Source: Hyaloraphidium curvatum SAG 235-1 (lineage: Eukaryota; Fungi; Monoblepharomycota). From it: a stretch of 64,000 nt of DNA. A program made the translations under genes and the position numbers. The notes beneath the pieces were generated by a model. The model was not told the origin of the DNA, made no database searches, and worked only from the letters and a program-made list of their open reading frames with translations. Positions 44,166 through 55,800 of this stretch are shown piece by piece; positions within the stretch are counted from its first letter, which is position 1; every line of letters starts with the position of its first letter. The stretch lies in contig JAIVFI010000038.1 in assembly GCA_025558095.1 (NCBI GenBank), positions 452,612 to 516,611 of the forward strand, written 5' to 3'.

Positions 44166-45758
44166 TCACCCGAAGCACACGCTCCTCGCCGCGCACGAGC
44201 CCTGGAAGCAGCACCCGCTCTCGGGGCACTGGTCGAACGTCGACGCGGTGCAGCCGCCGCCAGTGCCGCCGGGCGCGGGCGCGCCGGCGCACTGCGGCGC
44301 GCCGGGGCCGAAGCACTGCTCGCAGGGCGCGCAGGCGCCGCCGATGCAGCAGCCGGTGGGGCACTGGTCGACGGTGGAGGCGGTGCAGGAGCCGCCGGTG
44401 CCCGAGCTGCCCGAGCCGCCGCCCGAGGAGCCGGAGCACTGCGGGGCGCCGGGGCCGAAGCACGAAGCGCAGGGAGCGCAGGTGCCGCCGATGCAGCAGC
44501 CGCTGGAGGGGCACTGATCGAAAGTCGAGGCGGAGCAGGAGCCGCCCGAGCCGCCGCCCGAGGGGGGCGGCGGAGGGGGAGCGCCGGAGCACTGCGGGGA
44601 GCCGGCGCCGTAGCACGAAGCGCAGGGCTCTGGAAGAAGGAGGGCAGGGTGAGGAGAGAGGACGGATGGAGGCGCGCCAAAGACACCCACGGCAAGATCC
44701 GCCGATGCAGCAACCGGTCGAGCACTGGTCAAAGGTCGAGGCGGTGCAGCTACCCGAGCCACCCGACGAGCCACCGCCGCCCGACGGCGGCGGCGGCGGC
44801 GGGGGCGGGGGGGGCGCGGAGCCGCCGGCGCAGTTGATGGTGATCCAGTCGACCTGCATCCTGTAGTCCGGGTTGTACTCGTTGCTCCAGTCTGTCGGGC
44901 CGCCGGACCAGGCGACGGTGCCGGGAGGCGTGCCGACGCCGGCGTCCCACAGGTCGAAGACGATCTTGGCGGGCCTGTCGGGGAAGCGCGAGCCCATGTC
45001 GCCGCGGTACAGCATGCGGACGGTGTTGCCGTTGATCTTCCAGGCGATGTAGTCGGAGGTGCGCTCCACGCAGACGGTCTGGACCTCGTTGAAGGCGTCG
45101 CCGTGGCCGTGGTACTGGCCGTTGACGCCGTAGATGGCGTAGCCCTGCGAGAAGTAGTTGGTCTGGACCTCGAAGACGTTGCGGCCGACCCATTCGAAGT
45201 CGATCTCGTCGTCGATGTCTGGGCGGGGGATCGCGGGCACCGTCAGCTGAGGAACGCAAGGGCGCCGGGCGCGGGGGGAGGGGGGACCCACCCTGGCCGG
45301 GCACGTAGGAGGCGATGAAGATGGCCGAGACGACGCCGCCGCCGCGACCGATGCGGACGCCCGTGCAGATCTCGCCGAACTGCCACCACCTGGGAAGGAG
45401 AAGGGCGGCGATCAGCGTCCGAGTGGGGATCAGGCGGCGGGGCGGCGCACCTGGTCCAGGTCACGGCCGACTCCTTGCCGCGGGGGTTCCCGTGGCGGCG
45501 CAGGTCCATCTCGAGGAAGCCGTTGGCAACGAAGGCATCCGAGCCGAACTCGTCGACCCAGCCCGCCGAGTTGGGGTCGCCGTTCCAGTTGTAGGCGTTC
45601 ACGACGTTGTTGTAGTTGAAGTCGTCGCGGTAGAATCCCGAGCACACGCCCTGCGCGGACAGCGGCGAGCGCAGCGTCGACGGGAGGTCGCGTGCCTGTG
45701 CGGGCACGGCGGCGGCGAGGGCCAGGACGGCCGCGGCCGCGGAGGCAAGGAGGCGCAT
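44166..45758 (-). CDS. secreted GH16 (Crh/Utr2- or laminarinase-like) with four C-terminal Cys-rich repeats, 3 introns
   Basis: Signal MRLLASAAAAVLALAAA; GGGVVSAIF; DEIDFEWVG (ExDxE); VQTNYF; IAWKING; VAWSGG; repeats CTASTFDQC..GCCIGG.C. Confidence 0.88.
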
Positions 45759-46510
45759 TCTGGAGGGGGCGGGTCAGTCTCGCCCCGCAGGGGTTGTCGG
45801 GCACGCCGAAGGGAGCGGCCGCCGCGAGATCCGGCTCCGGCGGGCACTCTGCGCTGCCTGGCGAGCGAGCGGAGTGCGGGGGCGGCGGCGGAACCTCCCA
45901 ATGGGGGAGCCGCCGCAGTCGCTTTTGTGTCGAAGGGCGCCCCGCCACCGCCCGCCGCGGATCTCGAAGGGCGCCGCTCCCAATGGCCCGGCGAACGCGT
46001 TGTGGGCGCACCTTGCGCAGAACTCGCGGTTTGATGGGGGGGGGGAAGGATGGGAGGAGAGGTTTGCTGTGGGGCTTAGCACGAAGCGGTGCCCGCCCTT
46101 CACCAGCCCTGTCCGGATTGAGCGAGTCATCGGTTATGCCGCTCTCGACGCCGATCCCGGCCCCGCGACGCCATCACATGGCAGCAGCTATGCTGGGATA
46201 ATTGGTCGGGACAATATTCGGGCGGCGGATGGCGCGTTTGGGCCGCCTAGTTGAGCGGACACGTGAAGCGTCGGGCCTTAGTGGCGGAGCAGGACGCACC
46301 CAGTCATCGCGAGTCACCACCTCGCGGGTGGCATTTCGTTGCCAGGCGGCATCGCCGCGAATTGACGAGGGTGATCAGGCTCCGCTTCAGCCCGAGTTCA
46401 GGCGCTGGCCGTGCGGAGCCTGTCGCCGACCCGCGATCCCGCCCGCGTCCGCCTTCCGTCCTCCAACCCCCGTGCCGCATCCCGGTGGCCGCGGCCTCTT
46501 GCCCGCCGCA

Positions 46511-47508
46511 ATGGGCCAATCGGATCCCGGCAGTGCGCCCGCGCCGCTCCTCACCCCGGAGCAGCTCGCGGAATACCGCGCCACGGGCATCCTCCTCCTC
46601 CGCGGCTTCCTCCCCGCCGACACCGCCGCCCGCCTGCGCGTCGCCGCCCTCGACGAGATCCCCGCCCTGGACCCGCTCGTGAAGGGCAAGTGGATGCACT
46701 TCCACGAACCGGGACCCGGCGGCGAGGGCAGGATGCTCTGCCGCACAGAGAACTTTGTCGACCACGCCGACCTCGCCGGCGCCTTTTCGCCGGGGGGGAA
46801 GCTGCACCGCGCCGTGGAGGAGGTCGCGGGGGAGCCGATGGTGCTGTTCAAGGACAAGATAAACGTGGGCCGCCTGGTGCTGCCGCCGGGTGTAGGGTGC
46901 CCCCCGCTGACGCGCCCCCCGCCCGGCCTCGAAGTACAAGCAGCCCGGCGCCGCCGGCTTCGCCCCGCACCAGGACTCCCCCGCCTTCACCTCCACCCCC
47001 ACCACCCACCTGACCGCCCTGGTCCCCGTGCACCCCATGACGCGGGCCAACGGGTGCCTGGAGTTCGTTCCGGGTGCGTTCCCCGGGGTCCTGCCGCAGG
47101 AGGCGGACGGGACCATCAGCAGGGCGTGGTGCGCGGAGCGGGAGTGGGTCGCGTTGGAGTGCGGGGAGGGGGACGTGGTGCTGTTTTCGGGGCTCGTGCC
47201 GCACCGAAGCGGGCCCAACGCGACCGAGGGGGGGAGAGCGGCGTACTACCTCGTGGGTCCCCGCGACGAGCCGGTACTCGATGGAAGCTGACGGCAACGG
47301 GCAGACCTACAACGCGGCAAAGGAAGGGGATAACCGCGCGGCATACTGGGACGCCAAGCGGCGGCACTTCCCGCCGCGGAACGAGAGGGAGGAGGGGAAG
47401 GACTACTCCGAGGGGGCCAAGGTGGGTCGCCGTCGTATCTGCCGGGGATGGGGACGCTGACGCGGGCGGGGGCAGATGTACAACCTGGGGAACCCTATCG
47501 TGGACTGA
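46511..47508 (+). CDS. PhyH-family dioxygenase, PhnY-like subfamily, 3 introns
   Basis: LTPEQLAEYRATGILLLRGFL; RTENF; LFKDKIN|YKQPGAAGFAPHQD; NGCLEF; GDVVLFSGLVPHRSGPN; YL|TYN. Confidence 0.85.
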
Positions 47509-47927
47509 GCAGGCAGCTGCCCTGCCCAACATGCCCGGCAGCAGGCCCGTCGCCGTGACCGGGTACGGAAGATGCCCGCATTCCAGATGACCTACCTCGG
47601 TCGCTGCTTCGCGAGACTAGCCGGGATCCCGATTCTGGCCCGCGTGGCCTTGCGGTTTCGGGACCGGGTCGCCGACAAGAGACCGTTCGCGAGCGGATGG
47701 CGTCCTTGCGGAGCGCGCATGGAGATGGGCTCGTCGCGACCGGAGGCTGCGGATGCGGATGCGGGGCTACTTTTGCACGAAGAACGAGCGGGAAAGTTGT
47801 ACTTCATGTCAAGGGACGGGCTTTCTTGGATCGCTGACTGGGCGTCCGGGCCGCCCGCAAACAAACCTCTTCCCGCACCGGTGGCCGCCTTGCACCTCGT
47901 CCTTCTCTCAATTTGCCGGTGCTCGAA

Positions 47928-49055
47928 ATGGCCGCACTTGAACACCGCGAAGCCGCGTCGCGCGAGCCGGGCCCGGGTGTCCCCGTGGGCACCGAAACGG
48001 AGGCGGACGCTGCCGGCCCGCTCCTGCCACCCGTTGTCCTACGTGCAGTTTTCGAGCACCTCGAGTGGCAGCGCTGCAACAAGACCCTCGCGGAGTGCGC
48101 CGTAGCCTCACGGGAGACGTCGGAGCTGGCCTTCCCCATCCTGTACCGCAACCTGGAACCGACCGACGCCATGTTCATGGCGTTCGAGGCGATCCTCCGG
48201 AACAAGGGCGACCTCGTGAAAGTCCTCATCCTCAACGAGTCCAAGCTCAGCTTTCCGCGGATGGAATTCTGCCTCAAGCAGGCACGCTCGGTCGTCGATC
48301 TGACGATGGTGCTCAACCGCCGGAGCCAGTCTGACCCTGGGGCCGTGTTTGGACTTTTGGCGGGCATGCCGAGCCTGGAGGACCTGTTCGTCTACGATCC
48401 GCACTCTCTGCACGGACTGAAGCTCCCGAAAGGGCTGCGGCGGTTCGCGGTCTCTGGCGTTTTCTGGGTTCTGGAGCGCAATGGTTCCGCCGATCCTCTC
48501 TTTGCCGCTCTGAACACACTCGGCGACGATACGGAGGTTTACCTGGGCGTCTTGGGTAACCTCAATACGTTTGCCGGGCGGATGGCATCCTCGAAGCGCC
48601 TTCCCCGCCTCGTCAAGTGGTTCCACGCGGACGCCCCGTTCCTCCAAGGCGCCGAGAAGCTCTTTGCCCACCCGCTGTTCCGTCCCGACTATCTTGAGAT
48701 CTCGTTCCACGACCCCCGCGCCGCGTCGACAGCCTTGCCCGGGTTCCTGGCCGGCATCCGTCCGCTGCGGGTGCTCGCGCTGGTCTCGTGCCCGACGGGC
48801 CGCCTCCCCGACCTGCTCTACGGGCTGCCCGCGGCCGGGACCATCCGCGTCGGCGGGGCCTCGATCTTCAAGGGCTCGTGCCCGGCGTCCTTGGAGCCCG
48901 CGCAGCTGGAAGAGTTCGAGGCGGCGCTGGTTGCAAAGTACCGGGACATCCGCGTGGATCGCATGGAGTTCGTGCGGGGGCCGAGCTCGGAGGCAGACGC
49001 GGCGGAGGAGGCCATGTGGACGAGGGTCACCAGGGGGCGCTTCCGGAAGACTTAG
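47928..49055 (+). CDS. F-box-like / RNI-like LRR protein, intronless
   Basis: LLPPVVLRAVFEHL...LAECAVASRETSELAFPILYR; MPSLEDLFV, LPKGLRRFAV. Confidence 0.65.
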   Translation: MAALEHREAASREPGPGVPVGTETEADAAGPLLPPVVLRAVFEHLEWQRCNKTLAECAVASRETSELAFPILYRNLEPTDAMFMAFEAILRNKGDLVKVLILNESKLSFPRMEFCLKQARSVVDLTMVLNRRSQSDPGAVFGLLAGMPSLEDLFVYDPHSLHGLKLPKGLRRFAVSGVFWVLERNGSADPLFAALNTLGDDTEVYLGVLGNLNTFAGRMASSKRLPRLVKWFHADAPFLQGAEKLFAHPLFRPDYLEISFHDPRAASTALPGFLAGIRPLRVLALVSCPTGRLPDLLYGLPAAGTIRVGGASIFKGSCPASLEPAQLEEFEAALVAKYRDIRVDRMEFVRGPSSEADAAEEAMWTRVTRGRFRKT

Positions 49056-49085
49056 CTGGAGATGAGGACATGTCATCTTGATGAT

Positions 49086-50203
49086 TCATTGCAAGCTTTC
49101 GTTGCCCATCCGTGGTCCGACCCTCGCCGAAATTCCTCCGCCACGGACCGCACCCGCTAAGATCTTGACGCCCCCCAGCCGTGCGAACGACGCCTCGGCC
49201 GTCGCCAGCACCCTCCCTGCCGCGTCCTCCATCGTCCCCCTCACCGCCACCCTCTTTGTGCCCACCGGCTCGCCGCTCGCGACGACGCGCACCCATCCCC
49301 CGTTGAAGGCGAGGGAGGCGGGGAGGAAGGAGACCGAGATGGAGGCGGTGACGGTGAAGCCGAGGGCGGTGGCGTGGCCGGACCAGGCGACGGTGTGGCT
49401 GTCCGATGCGGAAAGTAAGGCCTGGAGAGCCACGAAAGGGGCAAGGCGACCCACTCCATCAGGGAAAACAGGATCCCGGGGTGAACGCTCCCCGGCCCCC
49501 TCTCGCCCCCGGCGTTGTCGATCCTCCACCAGCATTCCGTCCCCTCCTTGGTCACGTGCTCGTGGGACCGCGAGCAGACCGGCGGGCCGCCTCCGTGCCC
49601 GTACATGTACGGCACGGGGGAATCTTCCGTCCGGTCGCGGACGGAAAAGTACCCTCGCCGGACCATGTCCCCGAGTGTCGTTTCGAGGGTGCCTGCGATG
49701 CCGGTGGGAGGGTAGGAAGCGGCGAGGGCGCAGAGCGCGGCGGGTTCCGGTTCGTCCGCAGTGCCTTTCGTGCGGGCGAGGTCGCCGGGGAACGGGGCCC
49801 ACAGCGAATCTGCCGACGCGCAGGGCCTGGCGGCCCCGTCCACGGCGATCTCGCTGGCGATGCCGCCGCCGGGGAGCTGCTTTGCTCGCAAGTGGTACCA
49901 TTTGCCGATGTCGACGGGCCGCCCGTATTTGACGTCGATTTTGCTGCAGTAGCGGCCCGGAACCAGGGCCGCGGAGGCGGCGAGGAGCACCGATCCCACT
50001 GCGCCGCCGTGCACGTGGAAACCGCGCAGCGCAGGTCCGCACCGCACCGCGGCGTCGACGTCCGCGGCACGCACGATCCCGAAGAAGTCGATGGCGCCGG
50101 GGTGCGACGCGAGGAGCGGCCACAGGAGGCCGGCGAGCGGGGCGCACGACGCGTCGGAGCGAAGGGCGGAGACCCACGCGGGCTCGTCCGAAGCGCGAGT
50201 CAT
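49086..50203 (-). CDS. double hotdog-fold (PaaI-like) thioesterase, copy A, 1 intron
   Basis: LRGFHVHGGAVGSVL...IDVKYGRPV; second domain VHPGILFSLMEW...TASISVSFL...GRVLATAEASF. Confidence 0.75.
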
Positions 50204-50366
50204 TGGAGCCCCGAGATTCGGCCCGACGGGTTTTCCTTCGTAAAGGGGTCGGACGGGCGGGACATCGCAGCAGCACCAGCCCCACAGCTCCGAGGAATGT
50301 TCCAAATTGTCGCCCGATGGCGAATCCCGCTCCGCATCTCCTCGAAACTCGCAGTCCCGTGTATCA

Positions 50367-51418
50367 ATGACCTCTCCACCGGAAGAACCCGCGTGGGTCA
50401 CCGCACTGCGCTCTTCGCCCTCCTGCGCGCCGCTCGCCGGCCTCCTCTGGCCGCTCATCGCGACCCACCCGGGCGCGGTCGATTTCTTCGGCATCCCCTC
50501 CGGCACCGAGCTCGACGCCGCGGTGCGGTGCGGCCCGGCGCTCCGCGGCTATCCGCACGTGCACGGCGGCGCGGCGGCGTCGGTGCTGCTCGCTGCCGCG
50601 GCGGCGGTCTCGCCGGGCCGCACCTGCACCGCGATCGAGGTCAGGTACGGCCGGCAGGTGCAGGTCGGCAGGTGGTACCGGGTGCGGGCCCGGGCGCTGC
50701 CCGACGGAAGGATCGCCGCCGAGATGGCCGAGGACGGCGCGCACAAGCCCCTCGTGTCCGCGGAATCCGCCTGGGCACCCTCCGCGGGCGCGCCCCCCGC
50801 CGCCAAGGGTCCTGTCGCGGATCACGAGCCCGCGGCGCTCAGTGCGCTCGCCGCAAGGTACCCCCAAACCGGGACGGACGCCGTCCCGGAGGAAACCTAC
50901 GCCGCCATGCTCTCGCGGGGCTACTTCGCCATCCGCGACGCGGGGGGCGGTCCCCCCGTGCCCTACCTTTACGGGCTGGGCGCAGGCCCGCCTCTTGCAG
51001 CGGCATCGTACGAGGTGGTGGCAAAAGACAGGACCGAGTGCTGGTGGCGGCTGGATAACGGGGGCGGGGAGAGGGGGGACGAGTGCGTGCACCCGGGGAT
51101 CCTGTTTTCCCTCCTGGAGTGGGTGCACCACATGTCCAAGCAAGCCTGCGTTCCTGACATGTCCGATGCTTCGGCAGCTACTGCGTCTCTTGGGCCGCCG
51201 GCGCCTCGATCGCCGAACCCACCGTGACCGCGGCCATCTCGATCGGCTTCGCCCCGGCTTCCCGTGCCTTTGCCGGCGGATGGGTGCGCGTCGTCGCCGG
51301 GGGCCAACCGTCGGGCCCGAGGAGGGTGTCGGCGCGGGGCACGCTCGAAGACGCGGAGGGGAGGGTGCTGGCGACGGCGGTGGGCTCGTTCGCCAGGTTC
51401 ACGGTATCCAAAGTGTGA
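50367..51418 (+). CDS. double hotdog-fold thioesterase, copy B (inverted paralog), 1 intron
   Basis: LRGYPHVHGGAAASVL...IEVRYGRQV; VHPGILFSLLEW; TAAISIGF...GRVLATAVGSFARFTVSKV*. Confidence 0.75.
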
Positions 51419-51476
51419 ACAAACCGGTCCAGTACAGCACTCCTCAATGGCCCGTATACGGATGGAGGTGCGATTC

Positions 51477-52320
51477 CTACCCCCTGGCAAACAGCGCCTT
51501 GTTGACGGGCTGGATCACGCCAGGCTCGAGGTACTCGATCATCGTCCCCTTGCTCCCCGACACCACCCACAGCTTCCCCCTCGCCTTCTCCGTGTCCTCC
51601 AGACAAGAGATGAAGGCGTCGGTCATAGCTTCGGCGGGCACGATGCCGCCGAGGTAGCTCGCGATGCCCGGCCCGAAGGCCCCGATCAGGCTCTCCTCGG
51701 TCGATTTGAGTCCCATCTGCCAGGCGCGGAGACGTCACTTCTCCATACTTCAAGTGAATGCTGCCGATCGACTCACGCTTCCGAAGACGTCCTTGTCCCA
51801 AATGTTGGTCAGCACCACCGTGGGCAGCAGACCCGCCACGCGCACTTTGGACTCCTCCCCCCTCCCCGCCGCCGCGTTCTCCGGATCCCCCTGCGTCACC
51901 TTGACCAGCTGATTCAGCGCGGCCTTGGCAACCAGGTAACCCCCCTGCGGGCCCCCGACCCACGTCGTGGGGCCAAACACCTCAGAGTTGGGTTCTCCCC
52001 ACAGGCCCATGATCCCGCCCATGCTCGAGTTGACGAGCACGGTGCCCTCCGTGCCCGCCTTGAGGAAGTGTGTGACGGCCAGCCGCACCGTGAGCATGGT
52101 GCCGACGAGGTTGCCCTGGATGCACCGCATCCAGTCGTCGTCGCCTCCCCCGTGGCGAGCACGTTGCCCCACACGTCGGCGGTGAACCCCGCGTTGGCAA
52201 CCACTGCATCGAGCCCGCCCAGCTCCTCGAGCGCGGCGGAAAAGCACGCGCGGATCGAGGCGGGGTCGCACAGGTCCATGCGGACGAAGGCGGCGCGGGC
52301 GCCCGTTTGGGAGGCGACGC
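51477..52320 (-). pseudogene. short-chain dehydrogenase/reductase, 5'-truncated and frameshifted (or assembly error)
   Basis: FVRMDL...GGLDAVVANAG is in one frame and DDDWMRCIQGNLVG...VNSS...YLVAKAA (YxxxK) in another, shifting at the G-run near 52147-52151. No TGxxxGxG found upstream. Confidence 0.7.
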
Positions 52321-52406
52321 GTCACCCGCGAAGGTTTAGAGGCCTCGGCGAGCTCGATGCGAATCCTGGCGTCGAAGTCTTAGTCGGATTCATTGCCGAC
52401 GGGGTG

Positions 52407-52515
52407 TTTGGCGGTTTTGGGAATCCCGCCAAGAAGGCAGCGCAGTGGAAGGTGCCGGTCGGCGCGCTCGGCCGAGTGCCAGAGGGCGCACTGGCCCGAG
52501 CACAAGGCCGTGTGC
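52407..52515 (+). pseudogene. degenerate MYND zinc-finger relic
   Basis: SGRCRSAR--SAECQRAHWPEHKAVC matches the MYND C-terminal half with the YC pair missing; upstream FGGFGNPAKK looks like a mutated CxxC in a shifted frame. Confidence 0.6.
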
Positions 52516-52840
52516 GCAGCGCTAAGCGCGGTGACCCCTCCGATGTCTCACATGCGTCTTCTGTTGATGGACCCTCTGTCTTCTTGTCTTTTGCTTCTTG
52601 GTTCTCTGCGACGATGGGCCTCTGATGGATCTTCAATGCTGACTCCCACCGGGATCCCAGCTTTCCTTGGTCCGGCGCCGCGACAATCAACCCATGACGC
52701 GCCCCGGGCAACGTGTCGAAAATGCGGCATCCGTCGGATCGCGAGGCGGTGGCCGGCCGCGATCCGATGGCATTGCGAGAGTCTGCACAGCCACGACCCT
52801 CGATCGGGCGAGTTGGCCCGCCGGCGTTTTCGCCGCCGCG

Positions 52841-55800
52841 ATGGCGGCCCATCGCGGCCCGCCCTGGGCGGCGGCGGCGATGCTGGCCATTTTTCTGGTT
52901 TTTCCCGGGCGGACAGCGGGGCAGGCGGCGTCGGCGGGGGCGGGTTCGTGGGGCCCGGTCTTCACTCTGCCGCTCGTGCCGGCCGCGTCGGCGGCGCTCC
53001 CCGGCGAGCCGCCGCGGGTGCTCGTTTGGGCGGCGTACAACAACCTCAAGTTCGGCGGCGGCGGCGCGGTCACCCAGACGGCCGTCGTCGACGTCGCCGC
53101 GCTGTCGGCGGTGCAGTACACCGTGACAAACACCCGCCACGACGCCTTCTGCCCGGGCACGTCGGTGCTCGCCGACGGCCGGCTGCTCGTCACCGGCGGC
53201 AACTCGCCCACGCAGACGTCGGCGTACGACCCCACAGCGGGCAGCTGGACGCCCCAGGCGCCCATGGTCGTGCCGCGGGGGTACAACGGCCAGACCACGC
53301 TGGCAGACGGCACCGCCTTCGTGCTCGGCGGCAGCTGGAGCGGCGATCGTGCCCCGGACCGCATCGGCGAGCTGTTCAACCCCGCCGGCGGGGGCTGGAA
53401 ACCCCTCCCCGGCGTGTCGGCGCGGCCCATCTGGACAAACGACTCGCAGGGCAAGTTCCTGGCAGACAACCACGGCTGGTTCGTCGCCCTGCCGGGCGGC
53501 AAGGTGTTCCACGCCGGGCCCTCCAAGAACATGAACTGGATCACCACCTCGGGACAGGGGACCATTTCCCCCGCAGGCCGCCGCGGCGATGCCGACGACC
53601 AGATGTGCGGCGGCGCGGTGGTATTCGACGCCGAGCGCCGCCTGCTGGTGGCCTTCGGCGGGGCGCGGGACTACAACTCGGGCAACTTCAACGCCACGGG
53701 TGCCACCTACGTGATCGACTACTCCTCCGAGGGCGCCGCCGACGCCGCCGTCGCGCGGAGCGGCGACATGCTCCACCCCCGCTCCTTCCACACCGCCGTG
53801 CTCCTCCCCGACGGCACCGTCATGGCGGTCGGCGGCATGCGGCTCCCCGTGCCCTTCACCGACGCCACCGCCGTCATGGTCCCCGAGCTGTGGGACCCGG
53901 CCACGGGCAACTGGACGGAACTCGCCCCGATGAACGTGCCGCGGTGCTACCACTCCTCCGCCGTGCTGATGCCGGACGGCCGCGTGTTTGCCGGCGGGGG
54001 CGGGCTGTGCCAGGTTGACTGCCCCGCGGGGGTCAACCACCCCGACGCGCAGATCTACGCGCCGGGGTACCTCCTCGAAGACGACGGCACCCTCCGCCCC
54101 CGCGTGGCCATCCTCTCCGCCCCCGATACGCTGGAAAACGGGACCGCGGAGGTGCTCACCGACGCCCCCGCCGCTTCCTTCTCCCTGATCCGCTACGGCG
54201 TCTCGACGCACTCCGTCAACAACGACCAGCGCCGCATCGTGCCCACCATCCTCTCCTCCTCCAACACATCGTCCAACGCCAAGCTCTACACCATCGCGTT
54301 CCCCTCGGATCCTGGGATCCTCCTCCCCGGCCCGTGGATGCTGTTTGCCTTGGATCCGAGGGGGACGCCCAGCCTTGCGAGGACGGTGCTCGCGCCGGGG
54401 GAGCTGCCGCCGCCGTGGCCGCGGACGAGCACGAGGACGAGGACCAGCAGCACGTCGAGGACGAGGACGACGAGCCTTTCTCGCACCCGTTCCACGTCCA
54501 CGGCGTCGGAAACGTCGACCACCATCATGCCCTCGACGTCTGTTAGTGGGGAGAGCCCGGTGCCGTCCTGGGATCCGTCGGCGGAGGTACTACGCCCCGC
54601 CGCGCACGGGGTCCCGCTGGTGCTGATCGTCGCTGCCGTCGACAGAGCACCCCGGTAACGCCGTCCGTGGGGAGCACGGCGTCGGGCGGCGCGGTGCGGG
54701 CGCCGACCGCCGTGACCTCGTCCCTCACCGCGGCTGCGAGCGCCGGCACGCAGACGGATACCGCCTCAGCCGCGGGCGCGGGCAGCATCCCGTCGATGCT
54801 CTCCACCGCGCAGATGTCGGAGACCGAAAGCGTGACATCATCCAGCAGCTTCGCGTCGCCGACCTCGGAGAAGTCGAGCCAAACCCCGTCGAGCACCTCC
54901 GCTGCCGACGCCTCCTCCACGTCGAGCGGCACGCCGTCGAGCACTTCCGGCACCGGCACTTCCCCGACGTGGAGCCAGTCGGGGACGGCGACGTCGTCGA
55001 GCGCCACGGGGACGGCGAGCCAAACCCCCTCGAGCACGGACACGTCCTCGACGGCGAGCCGCACCCGGACAAGCAGCTCCGCGACGCACACCCCCTCCAG
55101 CTCGACGGAAACGGAGAGCCGCACCCCGTCCACTTCTTCGGCCACCCCGAGCTCCTCGACCTACTCCGCGACTGCCAGCGGGACGCCTTCGAGCACGACG
55201 GCGACGGCGAGCTCGTCGACATCCTCGGCGACGGAAAGCCGCACCCTTTCGAGCACTTCGCGCACGGAGACCTCGTCGTCCGCCTCGGAGACGGCCAGCC
55301 GGACGCCGTCGAGCACCTCCGCGAGGCATACACGTTCCTCCACCTCGGCGACCGCGAGCCGCACCCCATCCACTTCTTCGGCCACGCCGAGCTCGTCGAC
55401 CACCTCCGCGACTTCCAGCGGGACGCCGTCGAGCACCTCCGCCACGCATACACCTTCCTCCACCTCGTCGGAATCCGAGAGCCGCACTCCGACCACGTCT
55501 TCTGCGACGCGGAGCCCATCGAGCAGCTCGGATACCGCCAGCCGGACGCCTTCGAGCACCACGGCGACCGCGAGCTCCTCGACCTCCTCGTCGACGGCCA
55601 GCCGGACACCTTCGAGCATCACGGCCACGGCGAGCTCTTCGACCTCCTCGGCGACGGATAGCAGCACCCGCTCGAGCACGTCGCGCACGGATACTTCGTC
55701 GACCTCCTCGGCGAGGGCCACACCTTCAAGCACATCCGAGACCCGGACCTCCTCGACGAGCTCCTCGACAGCAAGCCATACCCCCTCGAGGACGCCCACC

